Source of the DNA: Mesoaciditogaceae bacterium
Lineage (GTDB): Bacteria > Thermotogota > Thermotogae > Mesoaciditogales > Mesoaciditogaceae
Assembly (NCBI GenBank): GCA_031962125.1
Contig: JAVRKU010000003.1
Coordinates: forward strand, 3,133-67,132
Direction: 5' to 3'
DNA length: 64,000 nucleotides
Shown: one piece after another, positions 60,624 through 64,000 of the stretch
Numbering within the stretch: position 1 is the first letter of the stretch
Layout of the letters: each line of letters opens with the position of its first letter
The notes under the pieces: generated by a model
Told to the model about the DNA's origin: nothing
Seen by the model: only the letters and a program-made list of their open reading frames with translations
Databases searched by the model: none
Program-made: the position numbers and the translations under genes

Positions 60624-61867
60624 TGGCTCACGCGCTTCTTTCTTTCATTACCGTAAGGTATCAAAAACTTGTGTTTTCCCTCTATAAGGCCCGATACGCC
60701 TTCACTGCTTTGCTGATACTGCGGTATATAATTTTCTGTGCAAGAAGGCTTGTAATCATCGGGTTCTTCGTAAGCAAAAATTCCTCCCTCATAATTTCTC
60801 ATTATGACCTTCCCGGCTCCCATAGATATAAGATATTGTGGCCCCACAGGAATTTTCCCTCCTCCACCTGGTGCATCTATGACATATGTCGGAACGGCAA
60901 ATCCAGATGTGTGCCCTCTAAGATATTCTATTATTTCTATACCTCTTGCAACCGTCGTTCTAAAATGTGAAAGCCCTTCAGAGAGATCGCATTGATATAT
61001 GTAATAAGGTCTTACCCTATTTTTGACAAGCAACTGGACAAGCTTCTTCATAACCTGCGGACAGTCATTAACACCGCGAAGCAAGACTGATTGATTTCCA
61101 AGTGGGATCCCCGCATCTGCAAGTTTAGCAAGGGCTTTTTCGGATGCAGGAGTGATCTCATTTGGATGGTTGAAGTGCGTGTTGACCCAGATCGGATGAT
61201 ACTTCTTGAGCATATTAACAAGTTCATCCGTTATCCTCTGTGGCATAACGGCAGGAGTTCTCGTGCCTATTCTGACTATCTCAACGTGCGAGATAGCCCT
61301 GAACTTGCTTATTATCATCTCAAGCCTTTCCGTTGATAATGTAAACGGATCTCCACCGGAAAGTAAAACATCTCTTACCTCAGAATGATCGGAAACATAA
61401 TCAACCATTTTTTCTATCTGTTCGAGTGGCATAGGCATATCTGTATCACCGGCCTTGCGCCTTCTCGTACAATGTCTGCAATACATAGAACATTGATCCG
61501 TCACGAGCGCAAGCACGCGATCAGGATACCTGTGTGTAAGACCATAAACTGGAGAATCAACATCTTCAAAGAGTGGATCTTTGCTCTCATTAGGAGCCTT
61601 GTACAGTTCATTCATCGTTGGAATGGCCTGTTTTCTGACGGGATCTTTCAAATCGTCTACATCTATCAAAGATAAATAATACGGAGTAATGGCCATTCTC
61701 AAGTGCTTCAGACTTGTCGTTATGGCTCTTTTTTCATCTTCATCAATAGGCATAACCTCAGAAAGATGTTCGACATCCATAATTCTATTTGCCATCTGCC
61801 AGTGCCAGTCATTCCATTGATCTTCTTTAATATCCTTCCAGATCGGTATTTCTCTATAATCTCTCAT
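60590..61867 (-). CDS. kamA: Lysine 2,3-aminomutase (radical SAM, PLP)
   Basis: CSMYCRHCTRRR (CxxxCxxC), SGGDP, and the long (425 aa) KamA-type form. Confidence 0.9.
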   Translation of the reverse strand: MRDYREIPIWKDIKEDQWNDWHWQMANRIMDVEHLSEVMPIDEDEKRAITTSLKHLRMAITPYYLSLIDVDDLKDPVRKQAIPTMNELYKAPNESKDPLFEDVDSPVYGLTHRYPDRVLALVTDQCSMYCRHCTRRRKAGDTDMPMPLEQIEKMVDYVSDHSEVRDVLLSGGDPFTLSTERLEMIISKFRAISHVEIVRIGTRTPAVMPQRITDELVNMLKKYHPIWVNTHFNHPNEITPASEKALAKLADAGIPLGNQSVLLRGVNDCPQVMKKLVQLLVKNRVRPYYIYQCDLSEGLSHFRTTVARGIEIIEYLRGHTSGFAVPTYVIDAPGGGGKIPVGPQYLISMGAGKVIMRNYEGGIFAYEEPDDYKPSCTENYIPQYQQSSEGVSGLIEGKHKFLIPYGNERKKRVSQWKKSQTEKNS

Positions 61868-61953
61868 AAACTTCCTCCTCCATATATATTTTAATCACCA
61901 TCAAATTATGATTACAAACAATTAACATTTACAGAAAAATTATATCACATAAC

Positions 61954-62919
61954 CTATCTGAGTCGTTGAAGTGAAAAATTGAAATTTTGAGATCCATTGA
62001 TGTATACATTTGTCACTACCGTTGAATAATCTGGTTTCACAACGGTTATCTCGTAATTTCCTGTACCAAGGTCTATACTGCACGGAGAGATGCCAAGCAT
62101 TTTACCATTTACAAAGATCATTGCTCCCGAAGGTGAAGTTGTAAAGTTTATTGAAAAACTTTGCTGTGGTTGTGTTACGAATGCAGGTATAACGGAGGAT
62201 ACGTTCTGATAAGTATTTGCTATAACACTGAATGCTTTTGAGATGTTGAAAATGCCATACCAGAAAACAGCCAAATGATTTCCTTCCGGAAGTTGTAGAT
62301 CAAGAGGAGTTTTTCCTTCATATACGCCATCGACATAAAGAGAAGCCCCATTTGGGTTAGAATCAAAATGAACTATTCCAACTCCCGGAACATATCCAAC
62401 GTAAAAATATGTTGTGGCAACTGCTACAGGTTTTCCGACTATATCTACTTTAAGTTTTTGAAGATATCCAAGGCCCTCTGGTATTTCAGTGAAAGCCTGA
62501 TTCCCCATTTTTGGTTGTGGAATAACTCCCGGCATAATTGAAGCGACGGCTTCTATTGTTTCTCTTCCATTGGGTCCCGATACTATAAGATTGTATCCGT
62601 AATTTGGATTTGGTATAACGTAAACCTCTCCACCTTTTACAAAATTGTCCCGCTGATAAGAATTTGGAAATAGAACTCTGAGGTTGCCATCAGTAGTATA
62701 GTCGTAAATCGTTATGTAAGCGTCCTGTGAAGTCTTAAAATATATGTGTATATTATCACCTTGATAATAGGTTGAACCGATAGCTCTATCGGTCCATATT
62801 TTAACGATGAGACTTGAAGGCTGGGTTGGAGTTATTATTATGTCCTGAACGGATGCTTGGGCTATGGCAAAAGCGGTAACAAAAAGGATGATCAAAGATA
62901 CAGAAATGATTTTCCTCAC
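61954..62919 (-). CDS. Secreted protein with DUF4384-like N-terminal part and two PEGA-like domains
   Basis: Signal peptide. ASLYVDGVYEGKTPLDLQLPEGNH and MIFVNGKMLGISPCSIDLGTGNY PEGA-like repeats. Confidence 0.65.
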   Translation of the reverse strand: MRKIISVSLIILFVTAFAIAQASVQDIIITPTQPSSLIVKIWTDRAIGSTYYQGDNIHIYFKTSQDAYITIYDYTTDGNLRVLFPNSYQRDNFVKGGEVYVIPNPNYGYNLIVSGPNGRETIEAVASIMPGVIPQPKMGNQAFTEIPEGLGYLQKLKVDIVGKPVAVATTYFYVGYVPGVGIVHFDSNPNGASLYVDGVYEGKTPLDLQLPEGNHLAVFWYGIFNISKAFSVIANTYQNVSSVIPAFVTQPQQSFSINFTTSPSGAMIFVNGKMLGISPCSIDLGTGNYEITVVKPDYSTVVTNVYINGSQNFNFSLQRLR

Positions 62920-62997
62920 GTCAATCGCCTCCTCATTAACAACAATTTAAGATTCCGATGTCTTGAAAGAAATACAATTTTATGATATCATATTTTT

Positions 62998-63072
62998 GGC
63001 CCTATCGGATAGTGGCTAGTCCGCCTGGTTCTCAGCCAGGAGACTGGGGTTCAATTCCCCATAGGGCTGCCA
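62998..63072 (+). tRNA. tRNA-Glu (anticodon CTC)
   Basis: 75 nt, CCA encoded. Anticodon loop UUCUCAG, T-loop TTCAATT. The first acceptor pair is G1:U72. Confidence 0.85.
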
Positions 63073-63098
63073 ATGTAAAGAAAAGTATATCGCGATTA

Positions 63099-63127
63099 CC
63101 CCCTTTTTAGGGGGATTTTTTGTTTTT
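63099..63127 (+). terminator. Terminator after tRNA-Glu(CTC)
   Basis: CCCCC-ttttta-GGGGG followed by ATTTTTTGTTTTT. Confidence 0.7.
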
Positions 63128-63200
63128 ATTCAATTGTAAGGTCTTTAAAAATTCAAAGCTCAAAAAGCGACCACCGACTTCATTAACTTTTGATGAATTT

Positions 63201-63226
63201 GGGACAGTGTCAGGGGACAGTGTCAG
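63201..63226 (+). repeat. Two exact tandem copies of GGGACAGTGTCAG, each containing the palindrome GACAgTGTC
   Basis: Direct reading: 63201-63213 and 63214-63226 are identical. They abut the SD/start of the XRE gene. Confidence 0.9.
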
Positions 63227-63235
63227 GTGAGACAA

Positions 63236-63460
63236 ATGAATAAACTAAAAGTTACGAGAAAACAACGAAATTTGACAGTTGAAGAAGTAGCCAAAGCTGT
63301 TGGTATTACACAACCTGCTCTTTTCATGATCGAAAACGGACACCGCAACTCCTCCATGAACGTTGCTTTCAAACTTGCCAATTTCTTTGGCGTTTCTATA
63401 GAGGATCTCTTTCCTCAGTACAAGGATACCACAAAATCGAAAAAGCCGGTAGGGGTGTAA
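63236..63460 (+). CDS. XRE/Cro-CI family helix-turn-helix regulator
   Basis: LTVEEVAKAVGITQPALFMIENGHR is a classic HTH_3 motif. GGTGAG SD before ATG 63236 (track start GTG 63227). Confidence 0.85.
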   Translation: MNKLKVTRKQRNLTVEEVAKAVGITQPALFMIENGHRNSSMNVAFKLANFFGVSIEDLFPQYKDTTKSKKPVGV

Positions 63461-63511
63461 CAATTTTTTGTACTTATTAATAGAGGTCTTTGACAATTGA
63501 ATAAATAAAAA

Positions 63512-63529
63512 GGGAGCCCGAAAGCTCCC
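63512..63529 (-). terminator. Hairpin between the convergent XRE and toxin genes
   Basis: GGGAGC-ccgaaa-GCTCCC. On the minus strand it is followed by TTTTTATTTATT, so it terminates the toxin gene. The A-tract on the other side may allow bidirectional use. Confidence 0.7.
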
Positions 63530-63545
63530 AAACAGGCTCATAAGT

Positions 63546-63809
63546 TCACTTTGAACGTCTCTTATAAATATCATGATTAGTAGCCCTGTGAAAAATTATC
63601 ACATCATCTTCTACTTTGAAAATAACTCTGAAGTTATCATTCACACGTGCAGACCAAAAACCGTTAATTTTCTCTATTTTCAGGCTGCGCTTGCGTTTTT
63701 TGCCAAAGTTATCAACAACTTCAGATATCGTTTTCAAAATAGCATCTACGAGTTTTGGATCGAGTCTTTGAATGTCTTTATCAAAGTGATGGGTAGTTTT
63801 ATATTTCAT
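63546..63809 (-). CDS. RelE/ParE-superfamily type II toxin-like protein
   Basis: 87 aa. F.KDI..LD......I...I pattern and ...WSARVNDNFRVIFKVEDDVIIFHRATNHDIYK, typical of the RelE/ParE/HigB fold. GGAGGTG SD. Confidence 0.65.
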   Translation of the reverse strand: MKYKTTHHFDKDIQRLDPKLVDAILKTISEVVDNFGKKRKRSLKIEKINGFWSARVNDNFRVIFKVEDDVIIFHRATNHDIYKRRSK

Positions 63810-63897
63810 TTTTTCACCTCCATATAGTGGGATATTGTAGTCGTGTGTAAAATCCTCCTTCTACTCCTCCTTCTATCCCACGCAGGAGATCACCCAC

Positions 63898-64000
63898 TTA
63901 TGAGCCTTGCTTACCAGAAACGCTTGCCAAATCTTTGATATGTTCTAATAATTCTTCCTTTGTATAAGTTTCCTTTTTTACACTATCACGTGAAAAATCA
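63898..64000 (-). CDS. 3' end of an unidentified ORF running off the window (possible antitoxin or other element gene)
   Basis: Hand translation of the minus strand gives ...DFSRDSVKKETYTKEELLEHIKDLASVSGKQGS* with TAA at 63900-63898. Too short to classify. Confidence 0.25.
   Translation of the reverse strand, partial: DFSRDSVKKETYTKEELLEHIKDLASVSGKQGS

Noticed and set aside
1-64000. Search for CRISPR arrays, transposases/IS ends, integrases, reverse transcriptases and rRNA
   Set aside because: I saw no regularly spaced direct repeats and no such genes. The only exact tandem repeat noticed is the 2 x 13-mer at 63201-63226, and the only candidate mobile-element boundary is after tRNA-Glu(CTC). 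Visual scanning cannot exclude short or degenerate repeats.

Overview
AT-rich, very gene-dense bacterial chromosome segment: short or overlapping gene junctions, purine-rich coding strands and K/E/I-rich proteins. The gene content points to an anaerobic, probably thermophilic, diderm organism, possibly Thermotogota-like, but that is a guess from gene content only and was not verified. All family assignments come from motifs read in the supplied translations; no database search was run.

Content in order:
- 3' part of dnaE.
- A cobalamin-dependent methylmalonyl-CoA module: split mutase, MeaB, epimerase, carboxyltransferase, OadG-like anchor, BCCP.
- tRNA-Ala, a Gfo/Idh/MocA oxidoreductase, and a four-tRNA cluster (Glu-Val-Asp-Phe).
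- An ~11 kb co-directional block: type IV pilus/competence-like genes (pilC, one prepilin, pilMNO, an unknown gene, a 936-aa secretin), a MEMO-like gene, comF, and a GlpA-like/FAD-oxidoreductase/DUF1667 trio.
- A PerR-FprA-ferritin-superoxide reductase oxidative-stress operon, then TIGR02757 and DUF554 genes.
- An ECF sigma / anti-sigma / secreted-protein trio with a sigma-E-type promoter, and rpsT.
- An eight-gene cobalamin salvage operon (cobO-cobQ-cbiB-cobD-cobU-cobS plus CblS/CblT-like genes) behind a clear cobalamin riboswitch.
- hydF translationally coupled to an aspartase-like lyase.
- asnS, ruvB, yggT, nadK, a PAS-PAS sigma-54 activator, glyA, glgD-glgC, tRNA-Thr.
- A V-type ATPase cluster encoding only F-E-A-B-D, then nagA and exbB-exbD-tonB-like.
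- A long minus-strand array: HD hydrolase, lytic transglycosylase, comB, ecfT, ispF, dnaN, an unknown P-loop protein, kamA.
- A PEGA/DUF4384-like secreted protein.
- tRNA-Glu(CTC), followed by what looks like the edge of an accessory element (XRE regulator with a tandem palindromic operator, RelE/ParE-like toxin) that runs off the window.

I saw no CRISPR array, rRNA, transposase, integrase or reverse transcriptase. No single unambiguous novel system stands out. The best candidates for follow-up are:
- the kamA-coupled P-loop protein
- the hydF-aspartase coupling
- the V1-only ATPase cluster
- the ATPase-less pilus/secretin operon with a duplicated secretin module
- the sigma-E/RseA/RseB-like trio
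- the CblS/CblT-like pair
- the tRNA-Glu-flanking element
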